From Escherichia coli (GTDB lineage: Bacteria > Pseudomonadota > Gammaproteobacteria > Enterobacterales > Enterobacteriaceae), in NCBI RefSeq assembly GCF_003334255.1, contig NZ_QOWU01000026.1: a stretch of DNA of 63,217 nucleotides. One strand, given 5' to 3'. Shown in pieces: positions 25,184 through 36,722 of the stretch. The translations under genes were made by a program, and so were the position numbers. Under the pieces are notes generated by a model that worked only from the letters and a program-made list of their open reading frames with translations, was not told the origin of the DNA and made no database searches. Position 1 is the first letter of the stretch, and every line of letters begins with the position of its first letter.

Positions 25184-26329
25184 ATGACAAATAATGAAAG
25201 CAAAGGGCCGTTTGAAGGCTTATTAGTTATCGATATGACACATGTCCTTAATGGACCTTTCGGAACTCAACTTCTTTGTAATATGGGCGCAAGGGTAATT
25301 AAAGTTGAGCCGCCGGGTCATGGTGATGATACCCGCACATTTGGTCCCTATGTGGATGGACAGTCACTCTATTACAGTTTTATTAATCATGGCAAAGAGA
25401 GTGTGGTTCTTGATTTAAAGAATGATCACGATAAAAGTATATTTATAAATATGCTCAAACAAGCTGATGTATTAGCTGAGAATTTTCGCCCAGGTACAAT
25501 GGAAAAACTGGGGTTTTCATGGGAAACGCTTCAAGAAATCAACCCGCGCCTCATATATGCTTCATCGTCAGGTTTCGGACATACCGGTCCGCTAAAAGAT
25601 GCTCCTGCCTACGATACCATCATTCAGGCAATGAGCGGGATAATGATGGAAACAGGATATCCTGATGCTCCGCCAGTGCGCGTTGGTACATCTCTTGCGG
25701 ATCTATGCGGCGGTGTCTATTTATTCAGCGGAATAGTGAGTGCACTTTATGGCCGCGAAAAGAGCCAGAGAGGGGCGCATGTCGATATAGCGATGTTTGA
25801 TGCCACGCTGAGTTTTCTGGAGCATGGTCTGATGGCATATATCGCAACTGGGAAGTCACCACAACGTCTGGGAAATCGCCATCCCTACATGGCACCTTTT
25901 GATGTTTTCAATACTCAGGATAAGCCGATTACGATTTGTTGTGGTAATGACAAGCTTTTTTCTGCGTTATGCCAGGCACTGGAGCTTACGGAACTGGTTA
26001 ATGATCCCCGATTTAGCAGCAATATTTTACGCGTACAAAACCAGGCTATTCTTAAACAATATATTGAGCGGACGTTAAAAACGCAGGCAGCTGAAGTTTG
26101 GTTAGCCAGAATACATGAAGTTGGTGTACCCGTCGCGCCGTTATTAAGTGTGGCTGAGGCCATTAAATTGCCACAAACTCAGGCGAGAAATATGTTGATT
26201 GAAGCCGGGGGAATAATGATGCCGGGTAATCCGATAAAAATCAGCGGCTGCGCGGACCCGCATGTTATGCCGGGAGCGGCAACGCTCGACCAGCATGGGG
26301 AACAAATTCGCCAGGAGTTCTCATCATAA
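25184..26329 (+). CDS. yfdE: acetyl-CoA:oxalate CoA-transferase YfdE (381 aa)
   Basis: ORF track 25145..26329. Internal ATG gives MTNNESKGPFEGLLVIDMTHVLNGPFG (class III CoA-transferase). Confidence 0.92.
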   Translation: MTNNESKGPFEGLLVIDMTHVLNGPFGTQLLCNMGARVIKVEPPGHGDDTRTFGPYVDGQSLYYSFINHGKESVVLDLKNDHDKSIFINMLKQADVLAENFRPGTMEKLGFSWETLQEINPRLIYASSSGFGHTGPLKDAPAYDTIIQAMSGIMMETGYPDAPPVRVGTSLADLCGGVYLFSGIVSALYGREKSQRGAHVDIAMFDATLSFLEHGLMAYIATGKSPQRLGNRHPYMAPFDVFNTQDKPITICCGNDKLFSALCQALELTELVNDPRFSSNILRVQNQAILKQYIERTLKTQAAEVWLARIHEVGVPVAPLLSVAEAIKLPQTQARNMLIEAGGIMMPGNPIKISGCADPHVMPGAATLDQHGEQIRQEFSS

Positions 26330-26345
26330 ATGTAAGATGTGCTGG

Positions 26346-26386
26346 TAAATAGCTCCCACATTTGAACATTGTGGGAGCCGCTATTT
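26346..26386. terminator. bidirectional terminator between yfdE and evgS
   Basis: TAAATAGCTCCCACA-tttgaacat-TGTGGGAGCcgCTATTTA, a long hairpin flanked by A/T on both sides, between convergent genes. Confidence 0.7.
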
Positions 26387-29300
26387 AGTCATTTTTCTGA
26401 CAGAAAACAGCAATCTCCTGGTCCAGCTCTGCAATGTGTTCTTTTACAGAGTTCAGCAACTGAAGAATTTCAGGCTTACTGTCATCTGAAACAGGTGTTA
26501 TTTCTAACTGATGGCTAATATTAATCAACTTTTGCAAATTCAGGATGTTAGCCGCACCGTGGATGCGATGAATACACTGATGGAAAGTTCTGTTATCGCC
26601 AGCTTCTAGTGCTTGAAACGCAGCGGGTAGATCTTTATGCGTTTCATGCTGGAAAGTCATGAGAATCTCCTGCATCAGTTGTAGATCGTTCGCCGTATTA
26701 TTTTTCAGGGCTTCGATATCAAGGTGGCGATACTGAGGTGCAATATGCGCAACTTGGTGTAACTGACTTAAATGTGTTTTCAGTACATCCAGGGTCAACG
26801 GTTTGAACAAACATAAGTTCATGCCGCAACTTAACCCTTTTTCACGTTCGTTAGCCTGTGCGTTGGCTGTAAGCCCCCAGATGGGTAAGGAAGAATTTTG
26901 CTCACGGAGTTTGCGAGTCAACTCAAAACCATCCATATTCGGCATATTAACGTCAGTAATAAGCAGATCATAATGTTGCATACTGACTTTGTGTAGCGCT
27001 TGCACACCATCAGTGGCTTCATCAACATCATATCCTAATAGATTTAGCTGGCGTTTGAGTAATAGCCTGTTGGTCGGATGATCATCCGCGATTAATATGC
27101 TCAACTTTTCAGGTAGTGTGATGGGTTGTTCTGCTTTTGCCTCGACAGTCGCCACTTGCTGGCTAATTTCTACCGGGATTGTGATCGTAAATGTTGTTCC
27201 TATGCCTGGATGACTTTCTAATGACAAATCGCCCTGCATATTTTTAATTAATTCTTTGCAGATCATTAAGCCTAAACCAGAACCTGTTTGCTGACGACCT
27301 GCACTTGTTTGGCTGTAGCGTTTAAACAGTTGTTGTTGTTCTTCCTGCGATAATCCACTTCCAGAATCCATAATCGTCATTTTGATAACAGCGTGGTTGT
27401 CATCAATGTGACCCAGGGAGGTCGTAATTTTTACTGCCCCCTCGGTGGTAAATTTGAGAGCATTACTCAGTAAATTTGATAAGACCTGCTTAAACGCCTG
27501 AGGGTCGATCTTAACCAGGTAATGTTCAGGAAACGTACTGCTGCAACTTAATGCGATCGATTTGCTTGCAGCAATCGCACCGAAAGAGTGACAAGTGTTC
27601 TGGACTAAAGTAGGGATATCGACCCATTGTGGTTGAAGTTGATAGTTACCCGATTCAATTTTGTCGACATCAAGGATTTCACCAATTAAGCCGAGGAGTG
27701 ATTGTCCGGTGGCGTAGGCAAGTGAAATCGCCTCCACCCGTTGCTCCTTGCTAAGACCAGAACCCGACAGAAGTTCCAGGAAGCCCATAATAGAGCTTAT
27801 TGGTGTTCTTATTTCGTGACTCATCGTTGCCAGAAACTGACTTTTTGCTACGGTAGCCTTTATCGCTTTATTTTTTTCTACCTCGAGTGCATTAATTAGA
27901 TCACGCGTTTCAGTAATATCTTGCCAACCACAAATATATACTGCATTGTCACTTGCAGGAAGATTGCATAATGTATGCCAGTGATTAATGCATCTTTTCT
28001 CGATGCCATTATCAATTTCAAATACCTGTGTGTATATTGTTCGATTTTCTTTCGTTTCTGCTGTGACTTCATGCGCATTAGAAAAAACATCTTTAAAGGG
28101 TGAGTCACTGTTTTCTAATGGTAACATTGCATTTTTGTAGTAATCCGCAGTGAAATAATGTTCAAAAGCACTATTATGACTAATGACATTACCTTGCCAG
28201 TTTACAACATAAGTTGGATTCGGTAAGGAATCCGAGAGTGCTTTTCGGAATGATATTTGGTTTTCTAAATCACCCTGAATGACTTTACGACGACGAACTG
28301 AGCGTAACAGGTAGAATCCCCATAAAAGGCTACTGCCAACTAATAAAACGGATAATGTCGTAACAATATAAAATTGCTCGCTATATAGGTCCCATGTGTC
28401 AATGGTCACATTGGGCATTTTAATCCATTTTTCCGTCAGGCGCAGAACTTCGCTTGGGGGAATTGCATTCAGTGCTTTATTAATAATATCCTTAAGTTCC
28501 GGTTCTCCGCGAGGAAAAGCGAACGAAAGCGATGCATTCGGAACGCCAGGAATAAGAAAATGATAAAGTTCATTAGGATAGTAATGATCGATCATGTAAC
28601 GCGAATTTAGCTGTGTCGCGACCAGAGCATCAAGTTCACCTTCCTTAACCTTGTGAAATGCAGCGCTGGCATTATCGACCTGTATCCATTCAACCTCCGG
28701 ATACATCTCTTTTAATTGCGAATGCAGCTCATAATAATATGGAATGGCAACTTTCATTCCTTTTTTTAATGTTTGTTCACTGTCAGGCGCTTTTTGCATG
28801 ACAAAAACGTAAGGCGTTGTTATGAAGGCTTCAGCAAATAAAACATTATTTTCTCGATCTTCACTATAAATAGCGCCAGGTATTATATCCCATCCTCCGG
28901 GGCTAAGCTGTGTTCCAGCATGGATATTGTGTGAAACGGTGATCGGAGAAAAATTTAAACCTGTTTGCAAGGTAATAATATTAAGAATGTCCCCCATAAC
29001 GCCCCGAACCGAGCCATTTTCATCCGTCATAGAATAGGGGGGCGAGTAAGGATTTTCCAGCACCTTTAAATTGGGATGCTGCTTAATCCACTGTTTTTCA
29101 TGTTCAGTGAGTTCTAATGGTTTGTTCAGAAAGGCCAGGTTTCCTGTATCAAGCCAATTTTGTGATACTTCATAGCGAACTTCATTTGTTAAAGCATCAA
29201 CAAATCTATTGAGTACTTCATTAAGAATGACAGATTCTTTTCTGGTCAAGAAAAAATTATATTGACGCGGCGAGTTATAATATTTCACTACATTTAAGGA

Positions 29301-29978
29301 GTGAGTGAAATAGCGGGAAATCATACTGCTGGTAATGATGTTACTACCAATAAAGTAATCATTGTGCCCAGCTGAGACGGATGCTAATGCCTGATATAAA
29401 TTTGTAAAAGAGATAATTGTTGCTTTTGGAAATGATTGATGAATTACCTCGTCTGGGGGGTAATTTGCTACCCGAGCAATATTTACTGGTTTTGGTGAGG
29501 TAAGCGGTCGCATTGAGTCGTGAAGGGTGGTTACCAGCGCCGGAAAGGTAATTATCAATGGTTTGGTTGCAGCAATGTCATTATTAAGAGGCGGCGAAGT
29601 AACTAAATGTGATAACACTATATCGACTTCACCTTCTGCAAGCGCGTCCATTGCTTTTTGATGATCTGCGTATTCCCGGAGTGTTAATTTGATATTTAAC
29701 GCTCTTTTTAAAAGATTTAAATAATCAGCATTAATACCACGAACCCGTTGCTGCGAATCGGTATGCAACAACGTAGCCGTTTGGGACTTATGTACTGCAA
29801 TCACAAGATTTTTTTTGCTCGCTAACCAACGTAATTCCTTGTTGCTCAGACGTAGTGGATCAAGTGTGACACGGTTGTTACTACTGATGCCACGATATTC
29901 GATGTAATCTTCGTCTGCGAAACTTATGGTCGACCAAAGACCACAACAGAGAAGAAAAATATAGGGTAAAAACTTCAT
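26385..29978 (-). CDS. evgS: hybrid sensor kinase EvgS
   Basis: 1197 aa. Two periplasmic PBP-like domains, TM, PAS, HisKA (SHEIRTP), HATPase, receiver and HPt. Confidence 0.96.
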   Translation of the reverse strand: MKFLPYIFLLCCGLWSTISFADEDYIEYRGISSNNRVTLDPLRLSNKELRWLASKKNLVIAVHKSQTATLLHTDSQQRVRGINADYLNLLKRALNIKLTLREYADHQKAMDALAEGEVDIVLSHLVTSPPLNNDIAATKPLIITFPALVTTLHDSMRPLTSPKPVNIARVANYPPDEVIHQSFPKATIISFTNLYQALASVSAGHNDYFIGSNIITSSMISRYFTHSLNVVKYYNSPRQYNFFLTRKESVILNEVLNRFVDALTNEVRYEVSQNWLDTGNLAFLNKPLELTEHEKQWIKQHPNLKVLENPYSPPYSMTDENGSVRGVMGDILNIITLQTGLNFSPITVSHNIHAGTQLSPGGWDIIPGAIYSEDRENNVLFAEAFITTPYVFVMQKAPDSEQTLKKGMKVAIPYYYELHSQLKEMYPEVEWIQVDNASAAFHKVKEGELDALVATQLNSRYMIDHYYPNELYHFLIPGVPNASLSFAFPRGEPELKDIINKALNAIPPSEVLRLTEKWIKMPNVTIDTWDLYSEQFYIVTTLSVLLVGSSLLWGFYLLRSVRRRKVIQGDLENQISFRKALSDSLPNPTYVVNWQGNVISHNSAFEHYFTADYYKNAMLPLENSDSPFKDVFSNAHEVTAETKENRTIYTQVFEIDNGIEKRCINHWHTLCNLPASDNAVYICGWQDITETRDLINALEVEKNKAIKATVAKSQFLATMSHEIRTPISSIMGFLELLSGSGLSKEQRVEAISLAYATGQSLLGLIGEILDVDKIESGNYQLQPQWVDIPTLVQNTCHSFGAIAASKSIALSCSSTFPEHYLVKIDPQAFKQVLSNLLSNALKFTTEGAVKITTSLGHIDDNHAVIKMTIMDSGSGLSQEEQQQLFKRYSQTSAGRQQTGSGLGLMICKELIKNMQGDLSLESHPGIGTTFTITIPVEISQQVATVEAKAEQPITLPEKLSILIADDHPTNRLLLKRQLNLLGYDVDEATDGVQALHKVSMQHYDLLITDVNMPNMDGFELTRKLREQNSSLPIWGLTANAQANEREKGLSCGMNLCLFKPLTLDVLKTHLSQLHQVAHIAPQYRHLDIEALKNNTANDLQLMQEILMTFQHETHKDLPAAFQALEAGDNRTFHQCIHRIHGAANILNLQKLINISHQLEITPVSDDSKPEILQLLNSVKEHIAELDQEIAVFCQKND

Positions 29979-29982
29979 GTGG

Positions 29983-30597
29983 TTAGCCGATTTTGTTACG
30001 TTGTGCGAATGTGTAAAGATCCATCAGTGATTTACATTCTAATTTTTCCATCAGGCGACTTTTATAAGTGCTGACAGTTTTGTTGCTGATGAACATTTTT
30101 TCAGCAATGTCATTATTATCCTTGCCATCAAGAATATACCGCATGACACTAATTTCTTGTTTCGATAAGGAGTCGAGTTTTTGCTGGTCGGACGTTAAAC
30201 TTCCAACAAACCGGTTGAGAGAGAAGGGGAAATAGCAGTAGCCATTTTTTGCAGCTTCAATAGCCGCAATGATATTGTTCATGCCTTCTTTTTTACTCAC
30301 GAAACCATTAGCGCCAGCATCAGCACAATGTTTCCCGTAAAAATGGTCATTTTTAGCGGAGACGATAATAATAATTCCGCTATATTGGCGCTTCCTCAGC
30401 GTTTCTAACACCTGGATACCGTTAACTCCGGGGATATCGACATCAATGATGACGATATCAGGCTTAAGTGTTTCCACCCGCTGAACGGCACTTCCGCCTT
30501 CAGTCAACTCTGCTAAGATTTCAATATCGTTTTTGATCAATAAATTACGAATTGCTGCGATAGCAAGAGGATGGTCATCAATAATTATTGCGTTCAT
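29983..30597 (-). CDS. evgA: NarL/FixJ-family response regulator EvgA
   Basis: 204 aa, receiver plus LuxR HTH (MNAIIIDDHPLAIAAIRNLL). Confidence 0.96.
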   Translation of the reverse strand: MNAIIIDDHPLAIAAIRNLLIKNDIEILAELTEGGSAVQRVETLKPDIVIIDVDIPGVNGIQVLETLRKRQYSGIIIIVSAKNDHFYGKHCADAGANGFVSKKEGMNNIIAAIEAAKNGYCYFPFSLNRFVGSLTSDQQKLDSLSKQEISVMRYILDGKDNNDIAEKMFISNKTVSTYKSRLMEKLECKSLMDLYTFAQRNKIG

Positions 30598-31012
30598 AGA
30601 TTATTCCCTTTGCAATGAAGCATCTCCCTTCTCCCTGTAGTAATACAGACATAAGGCGTCATCTCATTTTCTCAATAAAAATAAGAAAATCTGAGCTTCC
30701 TTTAAGATAATTCGACAAGTATACCATATAAATAGTCGGCATAAATGAAATGTCAACAATAAAATCAGGGATTGTACCGATGATTTATAGTTTCAAGTTG
30801 GCACTATAAGTCTTCTTACTAATCCTACAGGCGTAAGAATTGTATTGCAAAAGCCACGGTTTAGTCCTCTGTTGTTTTTTTTGCACCTTATTTAAATTAG
30901 GCCTCCAACGTTCCTGGGATAATGTGCAACACATGCACTGTGTTTGATATGAAGAATGAATGCTCTTTTCATTCAATTCATAAATTTCATCTATGAGAAA
31001 TGAGAGATAATA

Positions 31013-32176
31013 GTGGAACAGATTAATTCAAATAAAAAACATTCTAACAGAAGAAAATACTTTTCTTTATTGGCGGTAGTTTTATTTATTGCGTTTTCAG
31101 GTGCCTATGCCTATTGGTCAATGGAATTAGAAGACATGATTAGTACAGATGACGCCTATGTCACGGGGAATGCAGATCCAATTTCTGCACAAGTCTCAGG
31201 TAGTGTCACTGTCGTTAATCATAAAGATACGAACTACGTTCGACAAGGTGACATTTTAGTTTCACTGGATAAAACTGATGCCACTATCGCACTCAATAAA
31301 GCTAAAAATAATCTGGCAAATATTGTTCGGCAAACGAATAAACTATACTTACAGGATAAACAATACAGTGCCGAAGTCGCTTCAGCACGTATTCAGTATC
31401 AACAATCTTTAGAAGATTATAACCGTCGAGTGCCGTTAGCGAAGCAGGGGGTTATTTCAAAAGAAACGCTGGAGCATACCAAAGATACGTTAATAAGTAG
31501 CAAAGCGGCATTGAATGCCGCTATCCAGGCTTATAAAGCGAATAAAGCTTTAGTAATGAACACACCATTAAACCGTCAGCCACAAGTCGTTGAAGCGGCG
31601 GATGCAACTAAAGAAGCCTGGTTGGCGCTTAAACGTACGGATATTAAGAGTCCGGTTACCGGCTATATTGCCCAGAGAAGTGTTCAGGTCGGCGAAACAG
31701 TGAGCCCCGGACAATCGTTAATGGCTGTCGTACCGGCACGTCAAATGTGGGTTAATGCCAACTTTAAAGAAACACAACTCACGGATGTACGGATTGGTCA
31801 ATCGGTCAATATTATCAGCGATCTTTATGGTGAAAATGTTGTGTTTCATGGTCGGGTGACAGGGATCAATATGGGAACCGGCAATGCGTTCTCCTTATTA
31901 CCTGCACAAAATGCGACAGGGAACTGGATCAAAATCGTTCAGCGTGTACCGGTTGAAGTTTCTCTTGATCCAAAAGAACTCATGGAACACCCCTTGCGTA
32001 TTGGTTTATCGATGACAGCAACTATTGATACGAAGAACGAAGACATTGCCGAGATGCCTGAGCTGGCTTCAACCGTGACCTCCATGCCGGCTTATACCAG
32101 TAAGGCTTTAGTTATCGATACCAGTCCGATAGAAAAAGAAATTAGCAACATTATTTCGCATAATGGACAACTTTAA
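31013..32176 (+). CDS. emrK: multidrug efflux membrane-fusion protein EmrK
   Basis: 387 aa from a GTG start. HlyD/EmrA-family MFP, followed by the overlapping emrY. Confidence 0.9.
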   Translation: MEQINSNKKHSNRRKYFSLLAVVLFIAFSGAYAYWSMELEDMISTDDAYVTGNADPISAQVSGSVTVVNHKDTNYVRQGDILVSLDKTDATIALNKAKNNLANIVRQTNKLYLQDKQYSAEVASARIQYQQSLEDYNRRVPLAKQGVISKETLEHTKDTLISSKAALNAAIQAYKANKALVMNTPLNRQPQVVEAADATKEAWLALKRTDIKSPVTGYIAQRSVQVGETVSPGQSLMAVVPARQMWVNANFKETQLTDVRIGQSVNIISDLYGENVVFHGRVTGINMGTGNAFSLLPAQNATGNWIKIVQRVPVEVSLDPKELMEHPLRIGLSMTATIDTKNEDIAEMPELASTVTSMPAYTSKALVIDTSPIEKEISNIISHNGQL

Positions 32177-33714
32177 TGGCAATCACTAAATCAACTCCGG
32201 CACCATTAACCGGTGGGACGTTATGGTGCGTCACTATTGCATTGTCATTAGCGACATTTATGCAAATGTTGGATTCCACTATTTCTAACGTCGCAATACC
32301 GACAATATCTGGCTTTCTGGGAGCATCAACAGACGAAGGCACCTGGGTTATCACCTCGTTTGGTGTAGCAAATGCCATTGCGATCCCTGTTACTGGCAGG
32401 TTGGCACAAAGAATAGGCGAATTAAGATTATTTTTACTTTCAGTCACTTTTTTTTCGCTGTCTTCATTAATGTGTAGCCTATCGACCAATCTTGATGTGC
32501 TGATATTTTTTAGAGTCGTTCAGGGGTTAATGGCGGGGCCGTTAATTCCACTGTCACAGAGTTTATTATTAAGGAATTATCCGCCAGAAAAAAGAACATT
32601 TGCTCTGGCATTATGGTCAATGACCGTGATTATCGCTCCGATATGTGGGCCGATATTGGGCGGTTATATTTGTGATAACTTTAGCTGGGGTTGGATATTT
32701 TTAATCAATGTCCCTATGGGGATTATCGTCCTGACATTATGCTTAACCTTACTTAAAGGAAGAGAAACTGAGACTTCACCGGTCAAAATGAATCTACCAG
32801 GACTGACCCTGTTAGTGCTCGGTGTTGGTGGCTTGCAAATTATGCTTGATAAAGGGCGCGATCTGGATTGGTTCAACTCGAGTACAATAATAATATTAAC
32901 AGTAGTATCAGTTATTTCTCTGATCTCTTTAGTCATTTGGGAGTCGACCTCAGAGAACCCGATTCTTGATCTCAGTTTGTTTAAGTCCCGTAACTTCACC
33001 ATTGGTATTGTGAGTATCACATGCGCGTATTTATTTTACTCTGGAGCGATCGTCCTTATGCCGCAGTTACTCCAGGAAACGATGGGGTATAATGCGATAT
33101 GGGCCGGACTTGCTTATGCGCCCATCGGCATCATGCCACTATTAATTTCACCTTTGATAGGACGTTATGGCAACAAAATAGACATGCGGTTGTTAGTGAC
33201 ATTTAGTTTTTTGATGTATGCGGTTTGCTATTACTGGCGTTCTGTGACATTTATGCCAACGATTGATTTTACAGGCATCATTTTGCCGCAGTTTTTTCAG
33301 GGATTCGCCGTTGCCTGTTTCTTTTTACCCTTAACAACGATTTCGTTTTCAGGCTTGCCAGATAATAAATTTGCCAATGCCTCGAGTATGAGTAATTTTT
33401 TTCGTACCTTGTCAGGATCAGTTGGTACGTCGTTGACAATGACGCTGTGGGGACGACGCGAATCGTTACACCATAGTCAGTTGACAGCAACCATCGATCA
33501 ATTTAACCCCGTGTTTAATTCATCGTCACAAATTATGGATAAATATTATGGTTCGCTTTCAGGAGTTCTTAATGAAATTAATAATGAAATAACCCAGCAG
33601 TCACTTTCTATTTCTGCAAATGAGATTTTCCGTATGGCGGCTATTGCTTTTATCTTACTTACGGTTTTGGTTTGGTTTGCGAAACCGCCGTTTACAGCGA
33701 AAGGCGTTGGGTGA
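32176..33714 (+). CDS. emrY: MFS multidrug efflux pump EmrY
   Basis: 512 aa, 14-TMS DHA2 MFS (EmrB paralogue). Confidence 0.94.
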   Translation: MAITKSTPAPLTGGTLWCVTIALSLATFMQMLDSTISNVAIPTISGFLGASTDEGTWVITSFGVANAIAIPVTGRLAQRIGELRLFLLSVTFFSLSSLMCSLSTNLDVLIFFRVVQGLMAGPLIPLSQSLLLRNYPPEKRTFALALWSMTVIIAPICGPILGGYICDNFSWGWIFLINVPMGIIVLTLCLTLLKGRETETSPVKMNLPGLTLLVLGVGGLQIMLDKGRDLDWFNSSTIIILTVVSVISLISLVIWESTSENPILDLSLFKSRNFTIGIVSITCAYLFYSGAIVLMPQLLQETMGYNAIWAGLAYAPIGIMPLLISPLIGRYGNKIDMRLLVTFSFLMYAVCYYWRSVTFMPTIDFTGIILPQFFQGFAVACFFLPLTTISFSGLPDNKFANASSMSNFFRTLSGSVGTSLTMTLWGRRESLHHSQLTATIDQFNPVFNSSSQIMDKYYGSLSGVLNEINNEITQQSLSISANEIFRMAAIAFILLTVLVWFAKPPFTAKGVG

Positions 33715-33821
33715 TGATAAAAGGAGGGGGTTATAGCGGGTAAGACCGGGGATCTTAAGTCTGCGCCATCGGCAGCATCGCTCACCCAGGGAAAGGATTG
33801 CGATGCTGCGTTGAAACGTTA

Positions 33822-35150
33822 TTAACGGCCTTTTGCCAGATATTGATTCATCTCTTCTTCCGGCACCATTCCACCTCCCGTCGCCCACACCAGATGAGTG
33901 GTATTACGCAGTTGTTCTGCGCTGAAACCGTGCATCTGTTGGTAACTTACTGATGCACACACGCGCTGAGGTCCGGCCATACCCGCCAGTGCCGAAGGTT
34001 CAAGACGAATACCTTCTTCCTGCGCCAGCCAGCCAAGCATGTCATACATGGTTTGATCGCTAAGGGTATAGAAGCCATCCAGCAGACGCTCCATTGCCCG
34101 CCCGACAAAGCCTGATGCGCGACCAACTGCAAGGCCATCCGCTGCGGTAAGGTTGTCGATACCAATATCCTGAACAGAAATCTGATCGTGTAATCCTGTA
34201 TGGACGCCTAACAACATACAAGGGGAGTGCGTTGGTTCGGCAAAAAAGCAGTGAACATGATCGCCAAACGCCAGTTTAAGCCCGAATGCGACGCCACCAG
34301 GACCACCGCCAACACCACACGGCAGATAGACAAACAGAGGGTTATCAGCATCGACGATACGGCCTTGCTGGGCAAATTGCGCTTTAAGACGCTGGCCAGC
34401 GACGGAATACCCAAGGAACAACGTGCGGGAATTTTCGTCATCAATAAAGAAACAGTTCGGGTCAGACTGCGCTGCTTTACGTCCTTCCTCGACGGCAACA
34501 CCATAATCTTGCTCATATTCCACGACCGTAACGCCATGGCTGCGCAGTTTCGCTTTTTTCCATGCCCGGGCATCAGCAGACATATGAACTGTCACCTTAA
34601 AGCCAATGCGGGCGCTCATAATGCCGATTGATAACCCCAGATTTCCGGTTGAGCCCACAGCAATGCTGTATTGGCTAAAGAACTGTTTAAACTCCGGAGA
34701 AAGCAGTTTGCTGTAGTCATCATCAAGCGTCAGCAACCCCGCTTCCAGAGCCAGTTTTTCTGCGTGTGCCAGGACTTCATAAATCCCGCCGCGTGCTTTT
34801 ATGGAGCCGGAAATGGGCAAATGGCTATCTTTTTTCAGTAACAGTTGCCCGCTGATCGGTTGCTGATATTCTTTTTCCAGCCGTTTTTGCATAGCTGGAA
34901 TGGCAACCAGTTCTGATTCAATAATCCCCCCAGTGGCAGCAGTTTCAGGAAATGCTTTTGCCAGATAGGGTGCAAAACGGGATAAGCGCGCATGGGCGTC
35001 CTGAACATCCTGTTCGGTCAGGCCAACATAAGGTAAACCTTCAGCCAATGAGGTCGTGCCAGGATTAAACCAGGTGGTTTCTTTAAGAGCAACCAGATCC
35101 TTTACCAACGGATACTGGGCGATGAGCGAGTTCATTTTAGCGTTTTCCAT
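33822..35150 (-). CDS. dsdA: D-serine ammonia-lyase
   Basis: 442 aa, PLP lysine block SGSIKARGG. Recognised as DsdA. Confidence 0.96.
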   Translation of the reverse strand: MENAKMNSLIAQYPLVKDLVALKETTWFNPGTTSLAEGLPYVGLTEQDVQDAHARLSRFAPYLAKAFPETAATGGIIESELVAIPAMQKRLEKEYQQPISGQLLLKKDSHLPISGSIKARGGIYEVLAHAEKLALEAGLLTLDDDYSKLLSPEFKQFFSQYSIAVGSTGNLGLSIGIMSARIGFKVTVHMSADARAWKKAKLRSHGVTVVEYEQDYGVAVEEGRKAAQSDPNCFFIDDENSRTLFLGYSVAGQRLKAQFAQQGRIVDADNPLFVYLPCGVGGGPGGVAFGLKLAFGDHVHCFFAEPTHSPCMLLGVHTGLHDQISVQDIGIDNLTAADGLAVGRASGFVGRAMERLLDGFYTLSDQTMYDMLGWLAQEEGIRLEPSALAGMAGPQRVCASVSYQQMHGFSAEQLRNTTHLVWATGGGMVPEEEMNQYLAKGR

Positions 35151-35167
35151 AGTACGTCTCTTTGCGC

Positions 35168-36505
35168 TTAGATGATAAATGACAGCAGGAATGTGCCCGC
35201 CAGAGCGACGACTGAAGCGATAAATGTCGCTGTCGTATAGTATTTAAATGTTTCATTGAGCGTAGCGCCGCAATATTGCTTCACTAGCCAGAAAAGCGAG
35301 TCCGTAACGATAGTGCAGCCAATTGCACCTGAACCGATAGCAATCGCAATAATTTCCGGGCTGATGTCGGGATACAGCGGCAGCATGGGTGCAACAATTG
35401 CCGTTGCCCCCATCATTGCCACGGTAGCGGAGCCCACTGCCGCATGCAGAATAAGAGCCACTAACCAGGCCAGAAGAATCGGGTGCATATGCATATTGGA
35501 GAGAATAACTGCCAGCGTATCAGCGAGACTGCTGCTTTTTAAAATGGCGTTGAATGCGCCTCCGGCCCCGATAATCAGCAAAATATTAGCAATAGAACCG
35601 AAGCCATTTTCCGTATGTGTGAGCATCGTCCCCATGCTCATATGCTGGCGTATACCCAACACATAATAGGCGACAAACACGGCGATAAACATGGCAGTGA
35701 TAGGGTTGCCAATAAACTCAACCAAGATATACAAACCACTCTCACGCGCCATATTCAATTCGGCAATCGTTTTAACCAACATCAGCGCAATGGGTAGCAG
35801 TATGGTGAATAACGTTGCGCCTAATGACGGTAGTGTTTTTTCATCGCGAACTTTGAGATCTGCAAACTCTGTGGGTACAGGTTTAAAGGGCAGTCGTTGA
35901 CCCAGAAATTTAAGGAAAAGTGGGCCACCGATCAGTGATGCCATCAGCCCAACCAGCAAACCGTAGACGATCACCGAACCGATATCTGCGCCCAGCTTAT
36001 TGGCAACATATAAAGCAGCCGGATGTGGAGGAACCACGCAGTGCACTGCCATCAATGCGGTACATAGCGGAATGGCAAGCTTTAATAATGAGGTATTGGT
36101 TTTTTTGGCAATTGAAAAAGCCAGAGGAATCAATAGCACGACGCCCACTTCAACAAACAGCGTGATGCCACAAATCAGGCCAACCAGCACCATAATGACA
36201 TCAACTGAAAGCCAGCGGCAGCGTTGAAGTGTCAGACCAATTCTTTCTGCGGCCCCGGATACTTCCATCATTTTTCCCAGTATAGTGCCAAGGCCGATAA
36301 CCGCTGCGAGGAACCCCAGCGTTCCGCCAATTCCACTTTCAATAGCATTTACCATATCCAGTGGCCCCATGCCCATCATCGTTCCCACGAAGAAGCTGGC
36401 CAGCAACAGCGCCAGAAACGGGTGGAATTTGAACTTCACGATGGTCAGTACAATTAACACGATGCTGATAAGCAGCGTGCTCACAACCCAGATTTGAGAG
36501 TGCAT
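35168..36505 (-). CDS. dsdX: D-serine transporter DsdX (GntP family)
   Basis: 445-aa polytopic ORF upstream of dsdA. Confidence 0.94.
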   Translation of the reverse strand: MHSQIWVVSTLLISIVLIVLTIVKFKFHPFLALLLASFFVGTMMGMGPLDMVNAIESGIGGTLGFLAAVIGLGTILGKMMEVSGAAERIGLTLQRCRWLSVDVIMVLVGLICGITLFVEVGVVLLIPLAFSIAKKTNTSLLKLAIPLCTALMAVHCVVPPHPAALYVANKLGADIGSVIVYGLLVGLMASLIGGPLFLKFLGQRLPFKPVPTEFADLKVRDEKTLPSLGATLFTILLPIALMLVKTIAELNMARESGLYILVEFIGNPITAMFIAVFVAYYVLGIRQHMSMGTMLTHTENGFGSIANILLIIGAGGAFNAILKSSSLADTLAVILSNMHMHPILLAWLVALILHAAVGSATVAMMGATAIVAPMLPLYPDISPEIIAIAIGSGAIGCTIVTDSLFWLVKQYCGATLNETFKYYTTATFIASVVALAGTFLLSFII

Positions 36506-36722
36506 ATCTCACCTTCCCCTGTGATTAACCTGATGATATTGGACAAAAAAACAACGCAGGCTGACAAACGATAAAATTTGCCTTTCACATGAGGTAAATT
36601 GCATCAATGGAGTGATTTACATCTAAAAATGAAGGTGAATTGAGATATGGTTCACTTTAGCTCATCTCATAGCTGAAATTTTGCCGCTATTTTTTTACAC
36701 TTAAGCGAAAAATGAGGTGATT

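Noticed and set aside
33771-33809. 10-bp inverted repeat GCAGCATCGC...GCGATGCTGC between emrY and dsdA, considered as a terminator.
   Set aside because: No U-tract follows on either strand. It may be a REP-like or protein-binding palindrome, but I cannot support a specific call.
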